The notes under the pieces are model-generated. The model did no database searches, was not told where the DNA came from, and saw only the letters and a program-made list of their open reading frames with translations. The position numbers and the translations under genes were made by a program. A stretch of DNA of 64,000 bases from a virus: positions 166,717-230,716 of IMG/VR virus record IMGVR_UViG_3300035698_018106; one strand, 5' to 3'. Of the stretch, positions 47,961 through 56,740 are shown piece after piece. How positions within the stretch are numbered: the first letter of the stretch is position 1; each line of letters begins with the position of its first letter.

Positions 47961-49363
47961 TAATATCGTCTTTTACTATAATTGGTAGTTGGCTTATCAT
48001 GAATATCATTATTACTAGCCCATAGATTAATGCCAATAGAAATAATTAATGCTAAAATATAAATGAAGATGATATTACCTGTAGTAGGATCAACTGTTAT
48101 ATAAGAAAATTCTTCAAAACTCCTTTTCTCAAATTTATATAAATTTTTATCTAGATATTTATAATATTCATTTAATGTATTAGCATTAAATAAAGGAGTC
48201 TCGCTTTTCTTTATTTTTATAATATTTTGTCTTTGTATATTTAATGGTAATACTGGAGGTAATAAGTTAGTATCTATTCCTGTTGCATCTGCGATAGTTT
48301 TCTTCATAGATGTATTAATCATTGGCACAGCTACCGGAAGTGACTGACCTTTGTCTGTAGTCACTGAGTATTGGTACATATCTAATACTTTAGATCCAAC
48401 TTCTGTTGTTAATGTCCCGGACAAAGCCCATGAAAAAGCATATGACCATTTTATTTCATCACCTGTTTTACCTATACAGACTACCAATTCATTTTTATTA
48501 CCCTTAACCCAATAATTTTCTTGATATTGAGCAGTAATTGAAGGTTTATCTTCAAATACTAATATCCATAGTCTCATTTTATTAGAAGGTCCAAATTTAG
48601 CATTTAATCTTCTGAATTTATCTTGAGTTTCTTCTGTGATATTATCTCCTAATATGGTGTTAGATTTAAATGTATGCGTTTTTTCCGGATATTTATATAA
48701 ACCCATGCTATCAGCTTCTTCTTCAGATACTATCGCAATATTAAATACAGATAAATCTGATGCTTTTATTCGATTTTCATATTTATGCTTTGAGAAAACA
48801 CCTTTTCTTGTGTTTTCTGTATTAGGCCATGTAGTTTTATATACATTAGATGTTTGCCCTACATTTGTTCCATTAAATTTTGTTCCGGATGATCCATAAC
48901 TTCTAGTACGCGGAGAATAATTTCTTCTTGTTTTTATTACTTTTTTACCTGAAGCGTATAAACTAACTAGCGAATCATGATATGATTCATCCATAGTATG
49001 TGTATTTCCTAGATTAGTTTTACAATACCATTTTGGATAATGATCATCTTGATAAGAACAATCATATGTGCGGGTACAATACTCTGTATTACCTTTTGAA
49101 TCAGTTCCACAAGCATATGATTCTGTACATGTTTTTGTTATCCACTCATTCCATGGTTCTTCTTCGTAAATATCTGTGATAGTTTCACCCCAGTATTCTG
49201 TAAATGTCACTGCTGCGTGTTCTATTATAGCTTTGGCACCTATAATTGCACCAAATGTTACAATAAAAGGTATGAAGAATTCCCACCATTTATAAGCTGC
49301 TTTATCTCTTAGATAAAAAATGATAGTTACTATTAATACTATGAATAATGATCCGTATATCAT
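47960..49363 (-). CDS. membrane protein with a Cys-rich extracytoplasmic domain
   Basis: N-terminal TM helices and a C-terminal TM helix; Cys-rich central region. Confidence 0.4.
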   Translation of the reverse strand: MIYGSLFIVLIVTIIFYLRDKAAYKWWEFFIPFIVTFGAIIGAKAIIEHAAVTFTEYWGETITDIYEEEPWNEWITKTCTESYACGTDSKGNTEYCTRTYDCSYQDDHYPKWYCKTNLGNTHTMDESYHDSLVSLYASGKKVIKTRRNYSPRTRSYGSSGTKFNGTNVGQTSNVYKTTWPNTENTRKGVFSKHKYENRIKASDLSVFNIAIVSEEEADSMGLYKYPEKTHTFKSNTILGDNITEETQDKFRRLNAKFGPSNKMRLWILVFEDKPSITAQYQENYWVKGNKNELVVCIGKTGDEIKWSYAFSWALSGTLTTEVGSKVLDMYQYSVTTDKGQSLPVAVPMINTSMKKTIADATGIDTNLLPPVLPLNIQRQNIIKIKKSETPLFNANTLNEYYKYLDKNLYKFEKRSFEEFSYITVDPTTGNIIFIYILALIISIGINLWASNNDIHDKPTTNYSKRRY

Positions 49364-49431
49364 AATTTTTTGAATAAAAAAGTGTTAAGATATTGCTATC
49401 TTAACACTTTTGGTTAATTTTATAAATGTTT

Positions 49432-49956
49432 TTAAAACAATCCAGGTAAACTATCTGTGCCTGTTTCGAAAGCTTTTTTAGTTGATGTATTTTTCAAAAC
49501 AATAATTTCAATTTGTTCTCTATCACCTACGATTAAAGCTTCTGGAAATACCATCAACATATCTCTATGTATTTTGGCCATATCCATTAATTTCTTTTGT
49601 TCTATAAAGAATCCATTACGTTCTCCGTTTATTGAATTCATCAAACCTTTATATAAAGAAACATCAAATGTTGGATTTGCTTCTGTAATCCACTTCATCA
49701 TTTCACCACCGGAAGAATATCTACCTTCCATAATACCTAATTGAATTTCTTTAAATTGTTCAGCATACTCATTTGCAACACCTGCTTGATCTTTTAATAT
49801 TTCCCATAACTTAGTATAAAAAATTTCTACTACCTCTTGTTGGGTTTCGATTTTGTTTCTAAGTTTTATTTCTGTATTAGATACACTAATTTTCCAGGAA
49901 AAAAAGCTGACACCTAATACAAGAATAACACCTAAAATAATTAAAAATGTTTTCAT
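49432..49956 (-). CDS. LemA-family protein
   Basis: N-terminal signal anchor plus LemA-like helical regions (YTKLWEILKDQAGVAN...FIEQKKLMDMAKIHRDM). Confidence 0.45.
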   Translation of the reverse strand: MKTFLIILGVILVLGVSFFSWKISVSNTEIKLRNKIETQQEVVEIFYTKLWEILKDQAGVANEYAEQFKEIQLGIMEGRYSSGGEMMKWITEANPTFDVSLYKGLMNSINGERNGFFIEQKKLMDMAKIHRDMLMVFPEALIVGDREQIEIIVLKNTSTKKAFETGTDSLPGLF

Positions 49957-50508
49957 TTGTTTTATTTTTATTGTTTATTTATTAAGAGTATAAATATAAC
50001 AATTAAAATTGGGATAAAAAAATTTAGAATTATTATTTTGTTAAAATATGGAATTTAGTTTTGCATTTACCGTTAGATATATCCAAAATGATTGGAAGAA
50101 TTTTAAAAACATCAGATTTTAAACGAAGTGAATTATGTCCGTATACTATTATAGGTTTTATCATTTTTGTAATAAAGTCTTCCAATTCTTAAGATTAGCT
50201 TCTCCATATCTGATTAGTATACATCTTCCTTCTTTATCAGAAAAAGCATATCCTCTTACAGGCTTCCCTTCTATATCAGGTAAAGTATGTTCCAATTTCT
50301 TAATTTTAATTTCCATAGTATACTTATTTACTTATCATTTGACTATTTGATATAATTATTTTCTTATGTTTGCAGTATTTTTCAATTTGAATTTGTACTA
50401 ATTCTGGCTTAACTTCTCCAATTTTCTCTAAATCATTCTTTTTGTCTTTATTCATTATATAAGATAACTATTTTACGTTTGTTTTTATAATATTTATCTT
50501 ATTTGATA

Positions 50509-50784
50509 TTATTGTTTATTAACAAAATCATCAAAATTTATATATTCTCTAGACCAATTCCTCATATCATATGATCCATCATCACAATCTACATTACATG
50601 GTCCCCAGCCCGTTATTATAATTTTACCAGACTTATGTTTATGAGCCCTCCATCCAGAATAATCTCCGTATCCAGATAACGGAATTTTTTTAGTTTTAAT
50701 TAATTCTTGTTCTAAAAAGTTAAATCCTACTTCCGGATCTTTATTTATTTCTGTTGGATTCTCATCATCTATATCTGCATTCAT
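50509..50784 (-). CDS. hypothetical protein
   Basis: ORF only. Confidence 0.3.
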   Translation of the reverse strand: MNADIDDENPTEINKDPEVGFNFLEQELIKTKKIPLSGYGDYSGWRAHKHKSGKIIITGWGPCNVDCDDGSYDMRNWSREYINFDDFVNKQ

Positions 50785-50789
50785 AATTA

Positions 50790-51278
50790 TTAAATATTTA
50801 CGTTTGAATTTGTTATTTCTAAATCATAATCTTTAAAATCGATAAATCTTACATCATCAAATTTAAGTCTTTCAAGTATTCTATCATAATCCCATTTTCT
50901 GTCTTTCTTTAATCTTTCTATTCTAACCTCTACAAGTGGGTTCATATAAATAACAAAACAAGTTGTTCTATCTTTGGTATTAATATTCTTTATACCATCA
51001 GTTTCCATTATAAATAATGACATATTATTCCATTCATGTAAACCTGTACCATATCTATAACTATTATATTCTATATGTTCATAGAATGCACCATTTGATA
51101 TTCTTAAAGAAAATTCATCTTCAGTAATAAAATTATAATCAACACCGTTTACTTCACCAGTTCTTTGAGGTCTGGTTGTATATGATATATCACATTTAAA
51201 TCCTCTTTCTTCTAATTTTTTTCTTAAGAATGTTTTTCCACTAGCTGTTCTTCCTACAAGAATTATTCTTTTATTCAT
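50790..51278 (-). CDS. guanylate-kinase-like P-loop kinase
   Basis: GRTASGKT Walker A and SYTTRPQRTGEVNGVDYNFIT (GMP kinase signature STTRxxRxGExxGxDYxF). Confidence 0.55.
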   Translation of the reverse strand: MNKRIILVGRTASGKTFLRKKLEERGFKCDISYTTRPQRTGEVNGVDYNFITEDEFSLRISNGAFYEHIEYNSYRYGTGLHEWNNMSLFIMETDGIKNINTKDRTTCFVIYMNPLVEVRIERLKKDRKWDYDRILERLKFDDVRFIDFKDYDLEITNSNVNI

Positions 51279-51510
51279 TTTTATCTAATTTTTTAACCAA
51301 AGATAATCCCGATATTATACATTGTGGGCTAACTCTTGATTTCCGTTTAGATCTATCAACTAAAATTTGAATAGGATCAGACATTGAACCATCAATACTA
51401 GTTACTGTAAATTTTTTGAATGGGGCATATGTGACACTATTACCATCAACTTTTATACCTCTATCGCCAACCATTATTATACTACCTAAATAATCTCTAT
51501 ATGTATCCAT
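51271..51510 (-). CDS. hypothetical small protein
   Basis: ORF only. Confidence 0.3.
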   Translation of the reverse strand: MDTYRDYLGSIIMVGDRGIKVDGNSVTYAPFKKFTVTSIDGSMSDPIQILVDRSKRKSRVSPQCIISGLSLVKKLDKNE

Positions 51511-51576
51511 TTTTTAAAAAATATGTTAATAAAACTCATTAAAATATCAAAAGATAATTTAACCTCAACTAAAAAG

Positions 51577-51648
51577 TACTTATAGAGAGAATCGAACTCT
51601 CATCACATGGGTATAAGCCGTGCATTCTAACCGTTGAACTATATAAGT
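51577..51648 (-). tRNA. tRNA-Ile (anticodon TAT)
   Basis: Acceptor acttata/tataagt, T-arm gagag-ttcgatt-ctctc, anticodon loop ctTATac; one C-A mismatch in the anticodon stem. Confidence 0.55.
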
Positions 51649-51656
51649 ATTTAATG

Positions 51657-51740
51657 CGGAAGATAAGGGAATCGAACCCATGAGCCACTTTCATGACCAC
51701 AGATTTCCAATCTGCTACATTACCACTCTGCCAATCTTCC
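51657..51740 (-). tRNA. tRNA-Ser (anticodon GGA), class II
   Basis: Acceptor ggaagat/atcttcc, anticodon arm gcaga-ttGGAaa-tctgt, long variable arm, T-loop ttcgatt. Confidence 0.55.
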
Positions 51741-51833
51741 ATTAATTTTGATATGCGCAATATGCACATCTATTATTAGATGTTAACATAGCACCACATT
51801 TCCAACAATAAGTTATATCTATCTTATACATTT

Positions 51834-52106
51834 TTATAGTTTTTTAAAGTTGCATGCTTTACATTGATCATCTAAACATATATCTAAATCATCATCTTCT
51901 CCATTCAATATACCATATGATTTAACCATATATTTACAATCTCCATACCCTAGATTATTTTTAAAATATAAAGGACAAACATTTGTATTAAATGCCGATA
52001 CAAATTGTTTAGCTTCATTATGCCATACTTTAGAAATCTTCCCTGTAAATGTATAACAATACATACCCTTTGGTATCTTTTTCTTTATTTTTCTTGGTAT
52101 TCTCAT
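51834..52106 (-). CDS. hypothetical Cys-rich protein
   Basis: ORF only. Confidence 0.3.
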   Translation of the reverse strand: MRIPRKIKKKIPKGMYCYTFTGKISKVWHNEAKQFVSAFNTNVCPLYFKNNLGYGDCKYMVKSYGILNGEDDDLDICLDDQCKACNFKKL

Positions 52107-52309
52107 TTAAACATTAGTTTAGATATAGATTCTGATAATATTATACAATCGAAACATTCTTTAGTTTTAGTTACTTTGTATAATTCATTCATTTTTTTCA
52201 ATAAATCTTTAACAGCTTTTTGACCTTCCTTTGTTATTTTTTTAGCTAACTCCGGATCATATGATAAACTTTTAGATTTGATTGATTTTTTATCTTCTAT
52301 ATCTTCCAT
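52103..52309 (-). CDS. hypothetical small protein
   Basis: ORF only. Confidence 0.3.
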   Translation of the reverse strand: MEDIEDKKSIKSKSLSYDPELAKKITKEGQKAVKDLLKKMNELYKVTKTKECFDCIILSESISKLMFK

Positions 52310-52329
52310 ATTTATTTTAAATTAATTAG

Positions 52330-52407
52330 AACCTCAGGTGGGAATCGAACCCACATTTTCATCCATTTATGCGTCTCTGATTTCGAAGACCAGGCCAATA
52401 CTGAAGC
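52330..52407 (-). tRNA. tRNA-like element with a canonical T-arm and acceptor but a non-canonical core (possible pseudo-tRNA)
   Basis: Perfect T-arm gtggg-ttcgatt-cccac; acceptor gcttcag/ctgaggt has 2 G-U pairs; no clean 7-nt anticodon loop found. Confidence 0.3.
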
Positions 52408-52596
52408 TTATTTCTTTTTATAATGTTCTTCATCTATTACAGAACCATGGGGCCACCTATCCCATTCATCAGGTCTAAACCAATTAAAATGAAGATACCA
52501 ACTACCACCTTTCCATTTACGATAAATTTTAAAATTCGTCTTATTATTTAATGCAATAAAACAAATTATAATTATCAAATAATATAATACTATCAT
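52408..52596 (-). CDS. small membrane protein
   Basis: TM segment IVLYYLIIIICFIAL. Confidence 0.3.
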   Translation of the reverse strand: MIVLYYLIIIICFIALNNKTNFKIYRKWKGGSWYLHFNWFRPDEWDRWPHGSVIDEEHYKKK

Positions 52597-52886
52597 TAAT
52601 GTTTTTTTATAAAAGAAACATACTTGGTCACTTTTTCATGATCCAAGAGTTTCTCTATTGTATTATAATTTCTACCTAAATCCTTTTCAGATATTAAGTT
52701 ATGAACTTCTTTATGACATAAATATTTACAAATATAAGCGCCTTTATTCATTTCTTCCTTAGAGAAATTCTTTTTAAACCATTTATTAGAATGATTTGTT
52801 TTTGGTATTAAATGATGAAATGTACATAATCTCTCGATCTTGCATAATTCACATTCAATTATTCTTCCACTTTTCATACCAATCAT
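52596..52886 (-). CDS. HNH endonuclease
   Basis: CELC...HHLIPK...N...CKYLCHKEVH (HNH with Zn-binding Cys pairs). Confidence 0.5.
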   Translation of the reverse strand: MIGMKSGRIIECELCKIERLCTFHHLIPKTNHSNKWFKKNFSKEEMNKGAYICKYLCHKEVHNLISEKDLGRNYNTIEKLLDHEKVTKYVSFIKKH

Positions 52887-53043
52887 TATCTCCTAAGTTT
52901 AAAAAGAAATCTTTTCTTTGAGTATGAAATTTGCTTAAACAATCTTTACAACATGCAAAATCTCCATCATAATTAGCTAATACCATTTTTAACTCATTAT
53001 CAAACGGATTATTATTACATTTTTCATTTACACATTTAATCAT
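52855..53043 (-). CDS. small Cys-rich protein
   Basis: ORF only. Confidence 0.3.
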   Translation of the reverse strand: MIKCVNEKCNNNPFDNELKMVLANYDGDFACCKDCLSKFHTQRKDFFLNLGDNDWYEKWKNN

Positions 53044-53052
53044 AATAAAAAA

Positions 53053-53538
53053 TTATCTATTCAATAGTTCTTTTACTATTACATTTGCTTCTTTCATATC
53101 AATACCATCAGACATAGATAAATTCTTAAGTTCTATCATAACTTTCCCCATATCTCTCATTCCAGAAAAATTGCATGCAGTTATAATTCCAGATATAAGT
53201 GTTCTAAGTTGGAAAGTATCTATTTTAGTTGGCATCCATTGATCTAATACAGATACTTCGTAATCATTACCCATTTCAATAGCCTTATCATTTAATGATT
53301 TAATAATTTTTAATGATTCTTTATCACTGATTTCTTTATTAACTCTTGTGAATTCACCCATCACAAATCTTAAATAATCTCTTTTTGCTGTATCACCACT
53401 TTTCATGGCAATTTTCATCTGATCTTGAACTTCTTGTTGTATCATTTTTCTTTTGTTTAATGTGCGGAAGCGAAGGGAATCGAACCCCCAATACGGTATT
53501 AACGTATTACTGCTTTTCAAGAGCAGGTCTTCGTCCAT
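53053..53538 (-). CDS. GatB/YqeY-domain protein
   Basis: C-terminal SGMRDMGKVM matches the YqeY-family GMKDMGKVM. Confidence 0.5.
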   Translation of the reverse strand: MDEDLLLKSSNTLIPYWGFDSLRFRTLNKRKMIQQEVQDQMKIAMKSGDTAKRDYLRFVMGEFTRVNKEISDKESLKIIKSLNDKAIEMGNDYEVSVLDQWMPTKIDTFQLRTLISGIITACNFSGMRDMGKVMIELKNLSMSDGIDMKEANVIVKELLNR

Positions 53539-53551
53539 TCAGACCACTTCC
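53465..53551 (-). tRNA. tRNA-Ser (anticodon TGA), class II
   Basis: Anticodon arm ctgct-ctTGAaa-agcag, variable-arm hairpin atacg/cgtat, T-loop ttcgatt, acceptor ggaagtg/cgcttcc. Confidence 0.6.
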
Positions 53552-53796
53552 TTTTTATTTATATCATCAAAAGGTAAAAACCAGCTCCTTATAAATGAGA
53601 TTTTCTTTCGATTTGGATGATATTTCAATTGTACTATATCTAATGTATGTGCATATCCCAAACCAGTTATTGTGTAATAAATAATTGGAACAATAAAAGT
53701 AAATATTGATAATACTAATAATGTAGTTAATATATAATACTTTATCAAATTAATTTTGTCATATTTCATAATAAATTTATTTATATGTGATGACAA
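53539..53796 (-). CDS. small membrane protein
   Basis: TM segment; the ORF's 3' end overlaps the tRNA-Ser (TGA) call at 53465..53551, so the true end is uncertain. Confidence 0.25.
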   Translation of the reverse strand: MSSHINKFIMKYDKINLIKYYILTTLLVLSIFTFIVPIIYYTITGLGYAHTLDIVQLKYHPNRKKISFIRSWFLPFDDINKKEVV

Positions 53797-54001
53797 GGTT
53801 TCTTAAATTTATAAGAATCTAGAATTTCTTCCTTTAATTTATTTGCTTTAATACAATTAATCTTTTTTAACTCATTATATTTACTCCATCGTTCATCATC
53901 ATTAATATTAATCTTCTTTCTCTTCATTACGAATATTTATTTAATGCGATTGTTGAATTAATAATACATGTATCAATTATCTGTTATTTTTTAAAAAAAT
54001 G

Positions 54002-54074
54002 AGCCTCATACCGGGATCGAACCGATGACATCTTCATTACAAATGAAGTGCTCTACCAACTGAGCTAATGAGGC
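54002..54074 (-). tRNA. tRNA-Thr (anticodon TGT)
   Basis: Clean cloverleaf: acceptor gcctcat/atgaggc, D-arm gctc-agttggta-gagc, anticodon arm cttca-ttTGTaa-tgaag, T-arm atcgg-ttcgatc-ccggt. Confidence 0.7.
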
Positions 54075-54080
54075 ATTTTG

Positions 54081-54152
54081 AGCACCTAATTGGAATCGAA
54101 CCAATATCACTAGATTACAAAACTAGTATAATAAACCATTATACTATAGGTG
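54081..54152 (-). tRNA. tRNA with an ambiguous anticodon (TGT with a U-U closing pair, or TTG in a 9-nt loop)
   Basis: Acceptor gcaccta/taggtgc, T-arm attgg-ttcgatt-ccaat; anticodon region ctag-ttttgtaat-ctag. Confidence 0.45.
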
Positions 54153-54157
54153 CTTAT

Positions 54158-54230
54158 GAGCTCTTTACCAGGATCGAACTGGTTACCTCTTCCATACCAA
54201 GGAAGTGCTCTACCAAATGAGCTAAAAGAG
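54158..54230 (-). tRNA. tRNA-Thr (anticodon GGT)
   Basis: Acceptor gctcttt/aaagagc, D-arm gctc/gagc, anticodon arm cttcc-ttGGTat-ggaag, T-arm accag-ttcgatc-ctggt. Confidence 0.65.
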
Positions 54231-54236
54231 CAGTTT

Positions 54237-54319
54237 GCGGAAGATGAGGGAATCGAACCCACGCACCATTTCTGATGTACAGTTTAGCAAACTGCTGCAT
54301 TACCGCTCTGCCAATCTTC
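54237..54319 (-). tRNA. tRNA-Ser (anticodon GCT), class II; paralog of 51657..51740
   Basis: Acceptor ggaagat/atcttcc, 3-bp D-stem, anticodon arm gcagt-ttGCTaa-actgt. Confidence 0.55.
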
Positions 54320-54387
54320 CATTGATTCCGTTAATTGTCTCGAATTAATACCCACGGAATAAAGGTAATCATTATTATAGAGAACGT

Positions 54388-54732
54388 TTAGAACTTTCCA
54401 ATTACTCCAACTTTATTGTATACTTTATCTTTTCTATATAAACCTTTCATCCACTTATATAAATAGACAAATATATTTCGTTCCGGAGTTTTTATTACGT
54501 CCCTAATCATATCCAATATCATCCACGAAGAAATCCACCATTGTATAATAATTGATATAATATCCCATATATTTGGTTCAATAGTTCCATTACTTATAAA
54601 TATTATTCCTGCAATAGAAAATATAAACATTGCAATCATCCACAAAACAAAAAATATTGCCATAACAAAAATACATATTACTAGTAAATTTCCTAAAATA
54701 AACCAAAGCGTTTTAATCAAGAATTTTTTCAT
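54388..54732 (-). CDS. membrane protein (3 TM helices)
   Basis: Hydrophobic segments. Confidence 0.35.
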   Translation of the reverse strand: MKKFLIKTLWFILGNLLVICIFVMAIFFVLWMIAMFIFSIAGIIFISNGTIEPNIWDIISIIIQWWISSWMILDMIRDVIKTPERNIFVYLYKWMKGLYRKDKVYNKVGVIGKF

Positions 54733-54747
54733 TTTTTCATTTTAAAA

Positions 54748-54842
54748 ACATAAATTAGCGGAGGGTGAAGTAATTGAAACCTGTACGCTAACGTACCCCT
54801 GGGGTTCAAGCCCAGTTTGAGACCTTCCCGGCACCCTCCTTA
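54748..54842 (+). ncRNA. GC-rich structured element: 8-bp outer stem (ggagggtg/caccctcc) enclosing hairpins gtacg-ctaa-cgtac and ctggg-gttcaag-cccag (T-arm-like)
   Basis: Intergenic GC island in AT-rich DNA; nested perfect stems seen in sequence; does not fold as a canonical tRNA. Confidence 0.35.
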
Positions 54843-55029
54843 TTTGAAGATTAATCTTCAAATGTTTTATCTAAACCTTTCCCTATAGATTTCAAGCCTT
54901 TTTCTGTATAAGATTCTTCACCATCCAAAGCTTTCGAACCTAAAGTTGCAACGTCTGCAACTACTCCAACACTAGTTTTAATTAATCCTGTAGTAACATC
55001 TAATAATCCACCAAATAATCCCATATTTT

Positions 55030-55263
55030 TTATCTTTCTATTTTTCTATATGAATAAATACCATTTCTTTTTTTTCTTCTAAAAACATCGTAAATAACGT
55101 TTTGTTTATTTTCATATCCAATAAATGGATTCCACTCATGTTTAATTCCAATTACACCTTCTCTAACTAGATACCATTTATTTTTCGGCCATACTATTAT
55201 AGTAATAATAACAATAAATAATATGATACTAATGACTAACCAAACAAAACTTACTTTTTCCAT
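55030..55263 (-). CDS. small membrane protein
   Basis: TM segment VWLVISIILFIVIITIIVW. Confidence 0.3.
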   Translation of the reverse strand: MEKVSFVWLVISIILFIVIITIIVWPKNKWYLVREGVIGIKHEWNPFIGYENKQNVIYDVFRRKKRNGIYSYRKIER

Positions 55264-55775
55264 AGTTGTATATATTTAGGCGATATATAATCTGCTAGTA
55301 TTACACCATTTTCAGATTCATATATTTTTTTGCCATCTTTCTTCATTTTATTACCATCTATAGATAAAATTACTACATCTTTTCCATGTCTTAATCCAAC
55401 ATTTTCAGCAGTTTCTTTATCTTTTGATAAATGAACGTAAGCTCTAGATTTAGGAGTTAAACCATTATTTAAAATAGATTCAATATTTATCTTATTGGTC
55501 CCATGATAATAAGTTTTAGTATATTGAACTTCTTTAAACATAATATCTAAATTTAAGCTATTACTATGTCCTTGATTAGCTCTAATTTTTATTTTATTAG
55601 TATCAAAGCTAAATCTTTTCTTATCATTTTTTTCAACAATTTCTTCTAAAACAGATAAAGGTATGTTTAATTTTTCAATTAATTGACATATATAAACCCA
55701 TCCTTGTTTATCCATCTTCAAATCTTCTGGATTATGTCTTAATAAATATGAGATTTTTCTACTTATATTTTTCAT
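55251..55775 (-). CDS. RNA 2'-phosphotransferase (Tpt1/KptA family)
   Basis: ISRKISYLLRHNPEDLKMDKQGWVYICQLI, RFSFDTNKIKIRANQGHS, HGT and RAYVHLS match the Tpt1 conserved blocks. Confidence 0.7.
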   Translation of the reverse strand: MKNISRKISYLLRHNPEDLKMDKQGWVYICQLIEKLNIPLSVLEEIVEKNDKKRFSFDTNKIKIRANQGHSNSLNLDIMFKEVQYTKTYYHGTNKINIESILNNGLTPKSRAYVHLSKDKETAENVGLRHGKDVVILSIDGNKMKKDGKKIYESENGVILADYISPKYIQLWKK

Positions 55776-56017
55776 TTTAATTTTATACGTTCTCCTGATC
55801 CATCATCATAAAGGGTAATATCTAAATTAGCTTCCATAAAATCAGCCATGGCTCTCATTTGTTTAACTGTCCAATCAATTGGTTTTAAATTTGATATTCC
55901 AGTAACGTAATCTGCGTCTTTATCTTTTTCTAAAATAAAAATAGCTGATCCTAAACCTGTTCTTGTTAATATTACACCAGAATCTATTAATTCTTTTTCT
56001 TTATTTTTCATTTTCAC
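55772..56017 (-). CDS. hypothetical protein
   Basis: ORF only. Confidence 0.3.
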   Translation of the reverse strand: MKMKNKEKELIDSGVILTRTGLGSAIFILEKDKDADYVTGISNLKPIDWTVKQMRAMADFMEANLDITLYDDGSGERIKLK

Positions 56018-56348
56018 ATTTTTCGCAAATTAATAAATCAGTTTTTCCTTTAAATTCTTCATCAGTTAAACAATCTTTTATAATAGTTCTACATTTATTA
56101 CAAAGTATTGCACCAATCCCACCATTAAATTTTATTATAGGTTTCATTTTTATTATTCTAACAATTTCTTGTGAAGTAACTAATTTACATTTATCAGTTA
56201 CTTCTTTAATTCTACGTTTTGGAATATCATAATGATTTAAATGAAACCAACATCTTTTAATATCCAAGGCAATAGCCATTTCATGTAAATTAGCTATAGA
56301 ATAAGGAATACATACTAAATGTCTGCTATCATCACAATAATATTTCAT
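56001..56348 (-). CDS. DUF4031-like protein
   Basis: MKYYCDDSRHLVCIPYSIANLHEMAIALDIKRCWFHLNHYDIP resembles the DUF4031 consensus (vYVDdmR...H.IAD...ELH.MA..iGv.R.WhQ..HYDI). Confidence 0.35.
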   Translation of the reverse strand: MKYYCDDSRHLVCIPYSIANLHEMAIALDIKRCWFHLNHYDIPKRRIKEVTDKCKLVTSQEIVRIIKMKPIIKFNGGIGAILCNKCRTIIKDCLTDEEFKGKTDLLICEKCENEK

Positions 56349-56398
56349 ATCTTAAAATTATTATTTGTTATAATAATTCCAATCTTCATGGTTTTTAT

Positions 56399-56647
56399 TT
56401 AATTCAACCGGTTGATATCAACCGGTTGATTCGTTAAACTTTCAAAATTTACAGAATTAAAAATCTTTCCAGGAAAATCTGATAGCCTAACACTAGTACT
56501 AGAACTATGTACATTAGTTGATTCAACTTCATACGATTTATCTATTTCTAGTAATTCAGCTACTTGTTCTTTATCACCACCATAACCATTATTCTTTGTA
56601 TTTTTAGTTACTTTAACTAAATGTCCTTTTAATGCAAAAATATTCAT
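56399..56647 (-). CDS. hypothetical protein
   Basis: ORF only. Confidence 0.3.
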   Translation of the reverse strand: MNIFALKGHLVKVTKNTKNNGYGGDKEQVAELLEIDKSYEVESTNVHSSSTSVRLSDFPGKIFNSVNFESLTNQPVDINRLN

Positions 56648-56668
56648 ATCTATAGTTTAAATTTTAAA

Positions 56669-56740
56669 GTGGGCCTAGAGGGATTTGAACCCCCGACCTT
56701 GAAATTATGAGTTTCCTGCTCTACCACTGAGCTATAGGCC
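56669..56740 (-). tRNA. tRNA-Met (anticodon CAT)
   Basis: Acceptor gggccta/taggccc, D-arm gctc-agtggta-gagc, anticodon loop ctCATaa, T-loop ttcaaat. Confidence 0.6.

Noticed and set aside
50135-50350. Plus-strand 71-aa ORF in the gap before the tRNA island
   Set aside because: Low-complexity and hydrophobic, with no start context. The minus strand carries two better-formed coupled small ORFs (see findings).
51569-51769. 66-aa minus-strand ORF in the track
   Set aside because: Lies entirely over tRNA-Ile and tRNA-Ser genes; a read-through artefact of structured RNA sequence.
53385-53594. 69-aa plus-strand ORF (MLYHHFSW...)
   Set aside because: Overlaps the antisense of tRNA-Ser (TGA) and the YqeY gene; GC-rich tRNA sequence creates a spurious frame.
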